Notes: generated by a model from the sequence alone, not told the origin. 64,000 nt of DNA from the human T2T-CHM13v2.0 reference genome, Homo sapiens (GCF_009914755.1 NC_060928.1), one strand, 5' to 3'. Positions 13,077 through 27,719 are shown, counted from the stretch's first letter. Made by a program: numbers and translations.

Positions 13077-13250
13077 GGCTGGGCTCAGTGGCTCATGTTT
13101 ATAATCCCAGCACTTTGGGAAGCTAGAAGAAAGAGGATTACTTGAGGCCAGGAGTTCAAGGCCAGCCTGGCCAACATAGTGAGCCCCTGTCTCTGTTTTA
13201 TAAAAAATAAAGTAAATTTTTTTCCAAAAATTAAAAGCATTTTTTAAAAA
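13077..13250 (+). mobile_element. FLAM / free left Alu monomer
   Basis: Single left arm with long degenerate A tail; TSD-like AGAAAATAGGAAATAA / AGAAAATGGAAACTAA. Confidence 0.9.
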
Positions 13251-13639
13251 AGAAAATGGAAACTAATAATACTTATGCTGCCCATGCTTCATGAGAGGGA
13301 AAGGATTTGCTACCAAGGCTACAGCTTGACTGTAGGTATCAAAAAAAAAATAAAAAATCTCAGCTTCATCCCCTAGGAGACAGACAAATGGATCAAAATC
13401 TGAATTCAGACCCACTTTCCGGTCAGGAGCAGGGTCTGTCAGCAGCATTCTGTACCTTCAGCTTCTCATGCCCTCTTATCAATGGGGCTGGACAAATGAA
13501 GGGCACATTTGTGACCTGTGGTGAATTCACAGAGGCGGGACATTGGATAGTTACCATAGGAATGCAGCAGGTGTGAGGGAGCTGCCCAGTGGCAGGCACA
13601 GTGGTGAATGTTTATTGTCTGCCCTTTGAGGCAGTAGTG

Positions 13640-13845
13640 ATAACATTGATGATGGTGATGTTGGCTGTGCCAGGCACTGTTCTCAGTGCTTTGCATTTAC
13701 TTACTTAATGCTCATGATGACCCTGTGATAGAACTACTTTTATTATTCTGTTATTACAAATGAGGAGACTGAGGGGCAGAGAGAATTCGCTAGCTAGAAA
13801 GCGGCAGAGTTGAGGTTCAAACACAGGCAATTCAAATGTAGACCC
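13640..13845 (-). mobile_element. MIR SINE
   Basis: TGTGCCAGGCACTGTTCT...TTACAAATGAGGAGACTGAGG. Confidence 0.8.
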
Positions 13846-13846
13846 T

Positions 13847-14101
13847 GGCTGGGCATGGTGGCTCCCACCTGTAATTCTAGCACTTTGGGAGGCTGAGGCA
13901 GGCAGATCGCTTGAGCCCAGGCAAAAACCCTGTCTCTACAAAAAATACAAAAATTAGCCAAGCCTGGTGGTGCACACCTGTGGTCCCAGCTACTCAGGAG
14001 GCTGAGGTGGGAGGAACACCTGAGCCTGGAGAGGTCCAGGCTGCAGTGAGCCATGATTGCACCACTGTACTCCAGCCTGGGTGACAGAGTGAGACCCTGT
14101 C
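13847..14101 (+). mobile_element. Alu (J-like), internally deleted and lacking an A tail
   Basis: Left arm jumps from GAGCCCAGG to CAAAAACCCTGTCTC; ends at GACCCTGTC and runs directly into MIR sequence. Confidence 0.92.
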
Positions 14102-15489
14102 CCTATTATTCTTCACATTTTATGGATAAGGAAACAGAAACTCAGAGAGGGACTTGCCTAGGGTTCCATGGAGAGAGCTAGGTTTGGCTTTTTTGGGACT
14201 CCAAAGCCTGTAAAACATGACACTCTCCTGTAATGCCCCAGGCAGTGAAAATCTCCAGGACAATGAGGTACACCCTCAGGCTGGTAGCTGATGGGCAGAG
14301 CCACTGTCACCAGCCCCATTCTGCGTCCTGTCTCCCCAGGCTAAAAACAGGACCTGGGGAGGGGTAATGCTTGCTTGGCTTTCTGCCCATGGCAGATGGG
14401 ACCGCTTCACCACCATCTGTGAGTGGCCTCATTCCTAGTCCCTGAGCCTTAATACTTCTCTGGATATTCATTCATTCATTCAACAAATACTTATTGAACT
14501 CTTTGCCAGGCCCTGTTCTAGGTGCTGGGGATTAAATAGTGAGCCAAATAGTCAACAATGATTTTGTGCTTGGGTTCCAGGGTTTAAGCTCTTGCCTTCT
14601 TCCTTCTTACCCCATCCTTCTCTGTATCTCATTTCTTTCTAGAAATAGAGTCCCTTTTTGACCTTTAAGTATTGACATGGTGCATCTGCAGGGCTCTGCT
14701 AGCCTAAATGGTGTGTATGTGCAAACGAAAGTGCCCCCTCAGAGTGCACGCAGCCTCACAGGCCCCCAGCTTGGAGAGTAGATAGTGGGCTGGATTTCAG
14801 CCCCCATGCACCCTCCAACCTAGGTGTCTTTGGATAGGACAGAGTCTATGTTATGGCATGTAGCAGGCCCCTCTCTGAGCCCTTCCAGAGATTAGAGATG
14901 TGCTCTTGACACCCAAGCCCAGTGTCTTCAAATCCCACCTGTTTCCATGTCCCACCTGCTTAGCCAGGTCCCCCATTCACTTCAATCCCCATAAGCTGGG
15001 CCCTGCAGACCTCCAGCTCTTTATCCATTGTCCACTGCTAGGCTGGTCAGACATACCTTGTCCACCTCTCTGGACCCCTTTCCTCTTCTCCTCCTCTTGT
15101 CTGCCAGCTGCTGGGACATCTCTCTCCCACTTTGTAGCTCTGCCCCACCCCCAGGCCAGGGTTCAGCCATCCCTGCATGTGCTTTTCATGTTCACATCCA
15201 GGAGCCATTGTGACAATTGGGCCATTTTTAGGGTGCCCCAAACACTCACCTTGGTTCACAGAAAGGCATTGAAGTTCTGCTCAAGAGCTGGAAGGTATAA
15301 AACACACAACTGTCAGATGTCCTCCTTCCTGATTCCATTCTGACATGAGATGGAGATGCCATGTCATGACTAGGAGGTTATTTAGAAGTAGCACTCAAAA
15401 TATAGAACAGATATTATATAATTTTTCACAGAGAAAGTTGTGGTTTCAAAAAATCAAATACTTCCTATTTCATTCACGATTGGATAATT

Positions 15490-15805
15490 CACCTGCTCAA
15501 ACCCTACATGTCCTCAGACCACATCTTCCAGGAAGCTTTCTCAGATTGCCTCCCGTCTACCTTCCCTGCCTGACAGCCAGAGAAGGATTAGGTATCCTCC
15601 TCTGTGATCCTCCAAGAGCACCCAGACTTGTCCACCATGACACTCGTCACATTGAATTGTAATTGCCTGTTTGCTTCTATACTGCCCCAAGTAGACTGTA
15701 AGTTCTGTGAGAATCTGTACTAGACCTAGTTCACCTTTATATCCTCTTCACCTGATATAGAACCTAGCACCTAGCAGGAACTCAGTAACTGTTTGTGAAA
15801 TAAAT
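15490..15805 (+). mobile_element. L2 LINE 3' fragment
   Basis: TAGACTGTAAGTTCTGTGAG...CCTAGCACCTAGCAGGAACTCAGTAACTGTTTGTGAAATAAAT. Confidence 0.75.
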
Positions 15806-15981
15806 CAAAGGTATTTGTATGGGGAAAAAAATTGGCATCAATGCCAAGCTGGAGTTTTCCCCAACAATGGACATCCTGTTCTCTGCTGGGAGGAGTGAGG
15901 GAAATGAGAAAGTGTGGCTGCTCTCAGATCCCCCAGACAAACATCCATAAATAAATCAGAAATTACTACACCATATAGCAA

Positions 15982-16140
15982 TTCCATCCATCCATCCATC
16001 CATCCATTCATTCATTCATTTGTAGTAGCCATTTATTGAACATGTCTATGTGTCTCATCACTGGAGATTCTGCAGTGAAAAAGGTAGTCAAAGACCTTGC
16101 CTTCTTGGAGTTTATCTTCTAGTGAGAGTGAAAGGGCAGA
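15982..16140 (-). mobile_element. L2 3' end with (TCCA)n/(TTCA)n tail
   Basis: TCCATCCA...TTCATTCATT, then ATTTATTGAAC...CCTTGCCTTCTTGGAGTTTATCTTCTAGT. Confidence 0.75.
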
Positions 16141-16224
16141 CACACAACAATACCTTCCCTAGTTGGTAATTTATATGACCATGAAACGTCATAGCTTGAT
16201 TGGAGTTCATTGGCCCCAGCTACT

Positions 16225-16400
16225 TCGCAGAATAGTATAATGATTAACTTGTCAAGCAGTGGAGTCAGACAGGTTGGAAGTAAGTTCCTAAGCTATGACT
16301 TACTAGTTAATTTACATTTGGGCAAGCAACTTGACCTCTCCAAGTCTCCATTCCCTCAAGTGGTGATAATAACAACAGCACCTACTTCCCTGTACCTATA
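16225..16400 (+). mobile_element. MIR SINE
   Basis: TGGAGTCAGACAG...TTGGGCAAGCAACTTGACCTCTCCAAGTCTC. Confidence 0.75.
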
Positions 16401-17305
16401 TGCCTGGCTGAGAGGAAGGACAGTAAAGGTGAGCAATAACTATTCCTCACCACTTAGGTGGTTTGGGAAGGGATTCAATGCTCTCTGGGCATCAATACAT
16501 ATGCACTTTACTAACATTAAGGCATTGTTTTGATTTTTTACTTTCACTGATTTGTTGCAGGGTATAACTGGCTTAATTTAGTCCTCTAGGTCGTGCAGTA
16601 TTTGCATGTGATCTTTGAGCTCAGCCTCAGTTCCCAGAGCCCCTGCAGCAGGTAGAGCCACTGTCCACAAACTTCAAGCAGGAACACAGAGCAGGCAGCG
16701 GTGGGGACTACAGCATCCAAGGATTCTGCTTGGGTTCTGGCCATTGACTCTACCATGGAAGTCCTGGAGCTAATTTCCCCTTATTATTGAACTTGAAACA
16801 GCTAGGATAAATAAAGCAGATTTTTATCAACTACATTATAAACAAAAGGCACAGATGGCGGGGAAGATTGACTGACAACAGCGAAGTCCTCGGGGTGCTC
16901 TTGAACTCCCCTTGGTGGGGGAGGTGCTAAAGACAGGGCCCCCTGCTTTGTTTTGTTCTTTCCATTTATGAATTCCAGGAACTCCTTTCCTTGAAGTCTA
17001 TAGCTTCCATCAACAGGATATTAGTTGGTGAATTCTATTTGAAGCCACAGAGGAAAAAACTTTCAATTAGGATCTGAATAGGTCAAGGGGGTGATTGGCT
17101 GTCCAGAGGATATGCAGCAGGAAGAGAAACCAGAGTTCAAATGAAGGGTGGAGGGGGGGAATACAAGGGTCCTCGCTGAGTCTGGAATGATGGAATAATA
17201 GTGGCAAAAATAAGAAAGAATGATGAGGCAAGTTTAATAAAGATTTTACCAAGAGCTCCTAGATTCACTTTATAATTATGCCTTCTCTTTATTATTCTCT
17301 TCTGC

Positions 17306-17388
17306 AAAGCACACACAAACACACATACTTCATACGGACACACATACTTCATATGGACACACATACTTTAAAGCACACACAAACACAC
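17306..17388 (+). repeat. Compound CA-rich minisatellite (A-B-B-A)
   Basis: AAAGCACACACAAACACAC at both ends, enclosing repeated ACACACATACTTCATAYGG. Confidence 0.85.
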
Positions 17389-17873
17389 CTGCCTCATGAC
17401 TAAAATCTAAATCAACTTTCACATATTTCATATTTAACCATGATCCAGTGTTATCCTAAAGCCATGGCCACTGTTGTTTGTTCCAGAGGGGGTCACCTGA
17501 CCCAAACAAAGCCAATCATATTTCTAAATCCTGACCCTAAACTTCAACCATAATGGAATGATCCAAGGTGAACCAATCAGAGTTTTTGTCCAGGAGTTTA
17601 CAAGTAGAACTAGGAGAGTGAGTCGTGTGCCTGCTGCAAGGCCAGAGTGTTTGAGGGCATAAACCAAACTTTTAAATTAGGAAGGCTGAAGAGAGGTGGT
17701 CCTTAGTAGAAATGAGTTCTAAGATGAAAAGAACTGAATTGAATGCTGAGAATGGGATAAATTGGATCCTTGGGGCTATCTAAAAATGGGTGGATCAATA
17801 AAATCAAATTTTCCAAAGGGCTTGTTTTCTGTTTAACTCGTGTGTGTAAGAGAAAGGATGGTACACCGCAGAG

Positions 17874-18386
17874 CAGTGGTTCCCAAATTGTGGCCCTGGG
17901 ACATGGGTGGTGGTGGGGAGAGGTACCAAACAATTTCTGGGGATCTGCAGAGGCAGAGCTATTTATATAATAATCCTAAGGTTTGCCTTTTTCAGTCTCA
18001 TTGTCTTATGAGCATAAAGTGGAGTTTTCCAGAGACTATACAACACACAGTGTTGAACAGACTGAATGAAGAAGCAAATATGAGAATCCTGACCAGCTTC
18101 TATCAAGCCATGCATGAAAGAGATTTGCAAAGAATGTAAAGCAATGTGACTCTTCTAGTTCCATTATTTTAGTTTTTGAAAATAGCAATTTTTACGAAAT
18201 TTGTATTAATATAAACAAACACTATGTTTATTGTTGTTATTCCTAAATAATAAATACGTTTTTTCACTTTGAATTTCTAAAGTAGCAAATGCTCATAGAC
18301 ACACACACATCAACACAAGCTGTCTTGTGTCCCGTTATTTTTCAGAGTGTGAAGGATCCTGAGACCATAAACTTTGAGAACCGCTA
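17874..18386 (+). mobile_element. Charlie1b-like hAT DNA transposon
   Basis: Termini CAGTGGTTCCCAAA / TTTGAGAACCGCT; internal transposase C-terminal relic NRLNEEANMRI in ORF 17840..18139. Confidence 0.85.
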
Positions 18387-20242
18387 CATCACAGGGTTTG
18401 AAAAGTGTGACAACATTTTCTTCCAGTGTTAGAAACAACGTGGAATACACCTAAATTCTTTAAAAGGGAAGCAGCAGCTATGGGGAAAAGGGTTTATATC
18501 TGAAGCTATGATACAAGCCCAGGTCCCATCACCTTCATGCAAGTAAAAGATTGGGCGTTGGACCACAGAAGATGGTCTTACGGAAAGCCTGGTTTACTGT
18601 AGTTGCTGTGGAGTTGGAGATGACGCTGCATCAGAAGGCTGCCTAATGGTCTCCTTCTGCCTGGCCATGTCCTTTCATGCATGGGGAAAGATGCCCTGCT
18701 GAGTGCAGAAACTGAGGGGGAGTCTGTCTCCTCCAGGCCCTGGGGGATGCCTTCCCTGGGAGAGACAAATTTCAGGCTCCAGAAAACTGACCAGTAACCT
18801 AACGGCATTGGCCATCATCGGAAATCAGACCCACTTGGTGTTAAAGAAATAAGAGCTCAGGTGTGCCTTGCCTGTTTGCAGGGGAGCTCTGCCACCTGTG
18901 GAGACATGCAACAAGTTGACTCCCTGGGTCATGCAGAAACCATGTGCCTAATGCTACAGGGACAGGTTGAGCTCACAATGAATTTCCCAGGCGCGAGTCT
19001 GGTGCTGGCTAGGTGGCTCTGTCCTTTGCACACAGAGACGTGATCCCAGTCTAGCTAGGGGCCTCTGCTTCTAGCTTAGTGGGTCAGAGGCTCCTAAGCT
19101 TCTTTGGTCCTTTGCCAGTGGGTCTTGCCCCTGACCCTTCCAAAGGAAGCCTCTGTTAGAAAAATAAAACAAGTGTCTAATCGAAATCTCAGAATACCCC
19201 TCAAGAGACAATAAGAGGGATCAACAACCTGGGATTTTCATTTCACTTAATGGTAACAAACGAATCACTTTAATGATCCAGAAAAACAAAATGAAGGTGT
19301 TTTTTAGGCATTGTGCATCTTCGCTTATGGATTAGCCAATCAGGAAATAATCAGAGGGAGCTGGGAGATGGATTCAGGGCAGGTCATTTTTGTTAGTGAA
19401 GTAATTTGTTGCTGTATTTATATTCCATGTTCTCAAAAGAATTTGTTAGATTGTAAAAATATACAACAAAATAATTAAAACTGAGGAAGTCAACCTGAAC
19501 CCTCAGATTTACTGAAAATAAAGAACAAAGGATAACTTGGGAGTTTCCAATGGAGGAAGACATTTAGCTCCAACAACAATTACTAACATCTCTGTGGAAC
19601 TATGAACTTGAATCAGGAAACTGGTTAAAATGGAAAGGAGAGCTAATTTCCAGTACATGAACATATGTACACATGTGACTGTCTAGATTTCTGTTGAAGT
19701 CTTAATAGTATATTCTGGTAAAAAAGAAAAAAAAAGAAAGAAAGAAAGAAAAGAAAAATACCCCCAAATACTTTCACCCTTAATTTTCAATTAAAATAAT
19801 ATATCTCAAATAAATAAATAGGCCATCAGGCCTAGGGATTAATACTGTTAGAAAATAAGAAAAAATTTGGAGTAAAGTCAGTATGCAAACCATTTGTAGA
19901 TGGAAAGCCATATATTTCACCTTGATCTTTCTAGCATCCAGCACAAGGAAAATAACATGATAAGGCAAATATTTCCTGAGGTTCATTAGATAAAATCAGA
20001 CCATTGGTCACTCCTTGGTGTCATACAGGCAAGCCTCAAGGCAAGGAGGCAAATAGGTTCAGCTGTTTAATTTGACTTTTCTTCCTGAATTGATTGGAAG
20101 TCCTTTGTTCCTGACTACACAGAGGTGACTTTAACAACTTAGTAAACTTAGTAACATATAAAAATAAACATCTAGCCGACTAATGATCATCGAATTTGGT
20201 TATATGGTTTTTCCCCTTCTTTCTCCCTGGTAATATTGTAAC

Positions 20243-20535
20243 TTTATTTATTTGTTTATTTATTCATTTGAGACAGAATCTCTTCCTGTTGCTCAGGCTG
20301 GAGTGCAGTGGCACACAGTTCACTGCAGCCTCGAACTCCTAGGCTCAAGTGATCCTCCTGCCTCAGCCTCCAAAGCAGCTGAGACTATGGGTGCGCACTA
20401 CCACGCCTGGCTAATTTTTTATTTATTTTTTCTTATTGGCTGTAGAGATAGGGCCACATTATGTTCCCCATACTGGTCTCAAACACCTGTGTTCAAGCGA
20501 TCTTCCTGCCTTACCTCCCAAAGTGGCGCCCAGCC
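20243..20535 (-). mobile_element. Alu (J-like)
   Basis: Reverse Alu with (TTTA)n tail, CACTGCAGCCTCGAACTCCTAGGCTCAAG. Confidence 0.95.
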
Positions 20536-20619
20536 CTAATCCTGACATTTAAATAGAATCTGGCAAATAGGAAAAGCCTGTGGGAAAGGGGGCAGAAAAA
20601 CTGATTCAAATAGCAGGTG

Positions 20620-20860
20620 TTATTAGAACTACTGAGAACTTTAGAACCAGGGAGCTTTGAGTTATAGTTCTGGCTGTGGCTTATTGGCCAGGCCATGCTG
20701 GGCAAACTATTGAACACTGCTGAGCCTTTGCTTGGTCATCTGTAAAATGATCACTATAATAGTATTTACCTCATAAGGCTGCTAAGAGGATTAAATAAAA
20801 TAATGCATGTAAAATATTTAGGAGAGTGCCTTGTCTATAATAAGCACTCAAGAAATACCA
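20620..20860 (+). mobile_element. MIR SINE
   Basis: CATCTGTAAAATG...TACCTCATAAGG...GAGGATTAAATAAAATAATGCATGTAAA. Confidence 0.85.
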
Positions 20861-21834
20861 GATTATGATACAAAGAACTCTCACTATACAGAATCATTAA
20901 ATCCTGATCACAATTCTGGCAATTAAGAGGACATTTATTATTACCTTTTTCTGTGGACTGAAAAAGAGACATAATTTGCCTAACACACGCAAAACCGTCT
21001 GGTAAAGAGAAGGGTTACCTATAATATATAATCTAAATATACATATATAATAACATATAATCTAAAGGAATGAGCTACTCTGAAGGTCCTGCAATTCTAC
21101 CATTAGAGATTAATTTCTTTGTACTAATCTTTCTTTTAAAATATGAATAATAACTCAAGAGTGATAGCATATTAGGAGTGTATGGTTTTATTGGAGGAAG
21201 GTGCTTATCACAGTCCATAATACATAACCAGAATGTAGTAACCTTATTTTGCTTCATTGTATTTATTTTTACAATGAACTTCTATTAATGACAAAGGATA
21301 CTGGTTGCTCATTTACAATGGTAATATGTAGTTAAAAAAATAAATGTATTTGAGATTTAGAGTTGGTTGACATAAATAAGAACATAAGTTTAAAAAATTC
21401 AGTTGGCAAATAAATAATGCAATGTCTGAATACCTGCAGTTTGAAAACTGCAGTTCTATGGGGTGAAACATACTCTTGGTCTTGTCTCATGAGGCGTTCT
21501 TTGCTGTGGCATCTGCTTAAGTTTTTAGTGTCTTTCTTCAGCATTTCCTGTACGCTAGTCACATAGGAATACTTGCTGTTTCCTCTTTTGGGGCTTTTTT
21601 TGTCTCTATAAAAGCTGGTTTCACTAATTGGAATGCTCTTTCTTTTCTCACCTCTTTGACAAATAAATTTCTGCAAGTCCACTCTGCAAAGCCTTTCCAG
21701 ACACCATGGCAACAGCCACCCTCAGCCTTTCTCACCACATCAAGCAGGGTGGATCCCTGGTCTATGGGCCTGTAGCACCTTGCGCTGCTCCCTCGGAGAA
21801 CATCCCCACCAGAGGATGACTTCTTCTGGGTACT

Positions 21835-22110
21835 CTGCTCTGAGTGTGCTGATAAAGAATGTATAGTCTCATTTGGCAACTGCACAGTTTTATAAATATT
21901 TATATCATCACACTTGTAATTATGTTGTTCAAGTCTTCTGTATCTTTTCCAATTTGTGTACCAGTGTAATCTACTAGTGCATAAAAATCTACAACTATTA
22001 TTATGAATTTGTAAATTTCTCCTTATAATTTGACTTGTTTTAATGTTGGTGTTTCCACACATATTGTTTGGTGCCTACAAGTTCACAATTGTAGCATCTT
22101 TTTGGTTGGT
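21835..22110 (-). mobile_element. Old L1 ORF2 (endonuclease region) fragment
   Basis: AAGAATGTATAGTCT...TTGTTCAAGTCTTCTGTATC...TTGTTTGGTGCCTACAAGTT resembles antisense L1M ORF2 5' part. Confidence 0.65.
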
Positions 22111-22483
22111 TACAACCATGTCCAGGTCATCTGTGTATCCAATAGTTAGCTAGATGTGGAGTCAAGGGCAGAATTTGATAAGAGTTAGCGCTTTACAAGA
22201 GATTCAGAGGGCCTTGTGTTCATAGAAGGAAGAGAGCATTTCTGCTGGCAGCAGGACTCTGTCACCTTTAAATGTTATAGGCCAGAGCCCATTCAGCTTT
22301 CCAAGGGCCCATGGCAAGGAGGAACCTGTAAAGAAAAAAAGTATTGGCCCCCCAATACATAAGGAAAAACTGTAAAACCAAAATTAATAAAAATATATTA
22401 ACTGTCTTCAATAATAGCTAAATTTAACATTTATCAAATTTTACTATATTTGAAAATAATCTATCATATAGAATAGATTTTCT

Positions 22484-22988
<505 letters not shown>

Positions 22989-24039
22989 TTAAAATGTCCC
23001 AGATTAAAGGGATCTTAGGGACAGATTGAAGGAAATGGCATTTGAGCTGGGCCCTAAAAAAATGAGTAAATCTTTGACCAAAGCAATTGGAGAGGAAGAG
23101 GACATTTTGCACAGCGATAAGAGCAACAGTGCAGAGGCTGAAATGCACACGGAGGTTCAGAGGACGAAGAGCAATTTGCTTGGGAAGAGGGAATGGGAGC
23201 TGAAACCCTCCAACACTGAAAGGCCTTGAATGCCTCGGCTGAAGGTTGGACTATTACATTCTGGAATATGAGGAACAAAGAACAGCTGCACGATCTGAAA
23301 ATGCCTCCCTGGGTCACCTATCACTAGAAACATGCTCACAGGTTTCTCTTTCCTAAATCAGTTTATTTTCATTTCAGCCTGGGCCATCTGGCTTCCAAGG
23401 CATACAGTATGAGAAATCAAGAGGCCAAGAGGCCAGAATAAGCAACTGTCCCCTCTCACCCCTCCACGTCTAACCATTAACACACAGTTAATCCCCTGAC
23501 TTTCGCAAAGCCTGGACCTCCTGCCTCTTTAACCTCTCGGCAATTAAATCCCTGCCAGTTAAAAGGCCAGAGAGGACAGGTGTGTTTCACACTTGGTTTC
23601 ACTTTCCTGCAAGGTGCCAGACGGGCAGCCCCAAAAACCACAGACGTCTTTGTTCATTTAACAGCATCAGTTTCTAGCCAGACAGTCTCTCAGCCTGCTG
23701 GTAGCCTCAGGTGTGACCAGGAAGAACAGGGGGCTTCATTGCTCCTGCTAATTCCTCTACTCCAAGGCTTGACATATTGAGACAAGCTCCTCCTGGGAAG
23801 GCAGCATCTGAGGGCACTGCTTTGCTCTGGGAATCCATCCATTCATTCATTCAGTCAAAACCATTCCTTGAGCCTGGAAAAGCCAGCTAGTCTGCTACTA
23901 CATGGGAGATTCAGTGTAGATGAGAAATGGCCCTTGACTCTTCAGAGATTACAGGCTAGTAGAGGGGATGCTTACAGAGTTTTATATAATGTAGGAAGCA
24001 TAGCAAGAAAGACATTTATTTGCAGCTTATTTATATACT

Positions 24040-24310
24040 AATTGATATATAGAGTTAAAAACTTATATAGTGCTTATTAAATAGCACTATAAGAGTGTCA
24101 GGTACTGTTTCAAACCCTGAACAAATATTTAGTCATTTAATCCTTATGAAAACCCTAGCTAGGTATTGCCATATCCCTATTTTACAAATGTGGAAACAGA
24201 GGTATTAAAAGCTAAGGTATAATAACTGTCCAAGTTCACCCAACTAGTAAATCAAGGAACCAGGATTTGAAGCTGGACAGTTCCACTCTCAAGTCCATAA
24301 TCTTGATCAG
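24040..24310 (-). mobile_element. MIR SINE
   Basis: TCATTTAATCCTTATGAAAACCCT...CCCTATTTTACAAATGTGGAAACAGAGG. Confidence 0.8.
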
Positions 24311-24399
24311 TCTTCTATGCCACAGAGAATACTTTGCTGTTTGACCCAGAAAAGGGATTTCAAAAGTGGAAATGTCATGCCAGTTGATAATAACAACAG

Positions 24400-24610
24400 C
24401 AAGAATGGCAACTATCGTCTACTGAGCACTTACTCTATGCCACGTTTTGTGCTAAGAAATTTACACAGGTTATGTCATTTTATTCTCATGATAATTCTTT
24501 GATGAACTATTGTGATCAATCCATTTTTACAGATCAGGAGAGTGAGGTTTGTAACAGAGCTACTAGGTGAAAGATCAGGCAATCTGACTCCAAAATTGAA
24601 AGTCTTCACT
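24400..24610 (-). mobile_element. MIR SINE
   Basis: TACTGAGCACTTACTCTATGCCA...CCATTTTTACAGATCAGGAGAGTGAGG. Confidence 0.8.
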
Positions 24611-25698
24611 GGCATACAGGCCTGTGAGACACATTTGAAGGCAGAAGCTGCTTGGTGCCCCTTAAACGTCACAGTATAGGAAGGGTATGTCTCTATTCTC
24701 CTGACGTCCAGCCAGTCAATGAATTCAAGCTCCAGATCTCCCCCCGGTTAATTCCCTGAAGTGAAAGTACACACAGGTTCCAAGGATTTCTGGAGCTTGA
24801 CTGGAAAGGGTTCATGGCCATGAATGCTGTGGGGCCCAGACTTCAGGTAGCCCCCAGTGTCCCTTAGCCCAACCTCAAATGGTCATCATTCACCAGAAGT
24901 AAACCGAGGGTCCAAATCATGGCTGTCTTGGCAGCAGGGGTGAGTGGTGCTGCAGAGTGGAGCCTTCCTGGCCTGGACCAAGGTGCAGCTGCATCTCAGG
25001 GAGGGGAAGCCTTTCTGTAGTTGTCTGCCTTGGAAGGGGCAACGTTTTCTAATCCATACAAACACTCTGTGTGTGTCAGCCACTTGGCTGGGCACAGGCA
25101 TACCTTTGACTAGAAGATCAGGATATGACCTAAAGCTGCTCTAGAGAGTTGAGATAATAAATCATGTTTCCTGACAACTTCTCTGGCCTCATTTGACCTC
25201 CTTCACCAGGACAGTGAATTCCAGCTTCATTACCGAGCTTGGGTTTCATGATTCATCTGGCAGAAGAGCAATGTCCCAAACACAGGAGAATGGCTAAGCC
25301 CTGAAAAAGGAGACTTCATCAGGAGTGACCCTCGGCAGATACCTGAGGCAGCAGAACCCACAGGAAGGAAGAAAGAAAGTCCTCCAAACCAGGTGGGAAA
25401 GACTACTGCCTGGCAGATGTAAACGGAACAAAGTTGTAGGGCCTGCCAATCGAGTCTTCCTAAGAGACTTTGTGGTTGTGAGCCAAGCACCCCTGACTGC
25501 TGCCGCACCAAAAGAAAGATTGTAAAAACAGCAAAGTATAGTAGAGTAATAACAATTCTCAACCCTCTCAGACCCAAAGTTTGTTTTTAATACAAATATT
25601 ACATAACTCCTTTACTGTCTTGAAATGAAATACATGGCTAATATAACCACCCTCAAATATAATTTTCAGAAAATCAATGTAGTAGCCTAACTGTAATA

Positions 25699-25753
25699 TC
25701 AGGTTGGTACAAAAGTAATTGCAGTTCTTGCCATTACTTTTGCACCAACCTAA
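25699..25753. mobile_element. MADE1 (Hsmar1-derived MITE), internally deleted
   Basis: TA|TCAGGTTGGTACAAAAGTAATTGC...ATTACTTTTGCACCAACCTAA|TA: inverted termini and TA TSD. Confidence 0.92.
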
Positions 25754-26516
25754 TATAATAGAAATAAATAAAAGAAAAGGAGTTTATAATAAAGTAATAT
25801 GTGTTTCTGTCCACAGACACTTAGGCACGACCACGCAGAGACTCCATGAAAGACCCACATGCTTAAGTCTTTATGCAGAATCTATGGGAACACACATGCA
25901 CAAACGCAGATGAGCGCAGCTGAGTCGCATTGGCAGCTCAAATACCATGAGGAGCATAGCCATCGATGACCTAATTTGCCAAAATAATGAACAACTCTTG
26001 TTAAGATTGCCACATGATCAAAGCACAATCATCCCTTGCTTTCCATGGATGTTACCTTCTCAGAGCAATTAACATATAGTAAAATGATGCAAAAAGTGCT
26101 CTGTGTTTACAAGTACAACCAAGGTACTCAGTTACTCTCTGGATTCATAAGTAGAAAAAGATTTTTCACCTCCTTGCATGTCTAGTGTGATTTGTGGGAT
26201 GTTCTACTCATCGATAGTAGTGCTTCCTCTATCATTAAATACGAAAGACATCCCACACCTGAATGCTTCCCGGAGCTGGAATTACCCTTGTAGCAAAACA
26301 ATAGTGTAGGGTTTACTGTTGTAACCAAATAAAACTTACAAGAGCTCTATCTGCATATATTCATTAATTCACTCAACAAACATTTAAAAAATACTTATGT
26401 TGAGCAAGGAAGTTATTCATTTATTTAACAAATATTTATTGGATATATGCTAAGAGCTAGGAGTTATGTCAAGATGTGTAAGACTTGGTCCTTTCTCTCA
26501 AAGGCCTTATGTTCTA

Positions 26517-26969
<453 letters not shown>

Positions 26970-27719
26970 CTAGTTTACAGTGGTCGGGATTCCCAACTCT
27001 CCCACCATGTCACAAGGTCCAGGATTTCTAGTACTTTATTACATACACAACACCCACACAATGCACACATGTGCATTTACTCAGACATCTTTTACACTCT
27101 GCAGGGCTTCCGCAGCCTCTGCCTGGAAGAAGGTAAAAAACCTTTGGGCTGCAGAGGTGAGACCTAGCTGCCCCTAGAGGGGACAGAAAAGCAGAGACAC
27201 CACTAGAAGATGACTAAGGAAGGAAGAAAATGTTTTGGCCCCCTCCCTTGCACTTTGGGAGATTCAGGACAGAAGGATGGTAAGGAAGGAGTGTGGATTA
27301 ACAGCAGAAGAAAAGAGGGTTCCACTCCCCTAAGAAGCCTGTCCAGGTTCCTCTCCGCTCTTTTATTTTTGTCACACAATATTCAGAACAATATCTTAAT
27401 ATTTTGTTACGCTTCTTTTTTATGTGTCTGTCTCCTCTTACCAAATTACGGGGCATTTGGGGTAGAGGCTCTGTTTTTTCATTATTTTTGTCCCCAAATC
27501 TGGTTGAGAACCTGGAAGAAGCACAAGAGGTATGCACTCTACAGATTTTTGTTGAATTGGATACAAGGAAGGAAGGGAAATAGGGAGGGAGGAAGGAAGC
27601 CGGATCAAAGACTTTTCTCTGTAGCCCTCTGTCTCAGGGTCCCCAGGTCTTCTGAGAAAAAGAGAGTTACCCTCAGGAACAGTTAGACTAATGAGCTCAG
27701 AGTTGAGAAGAAAGGAAAG

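Noticed and set aside
21700-21760. LLDVVRKAEGGCC resembles beta-tubulin VLDVVRKEAEGCDC
   Set aside because: Similarity is limited to ~8 residues; flanking tubulin motifs (GHYTEG, THSLGGGTG) are absent.
27210-27686. 158-aa ORF with hydrophobic core
   Set aside because: Hydrophobic part derives from a T-rich L2-like relic; no family similarity recognised.
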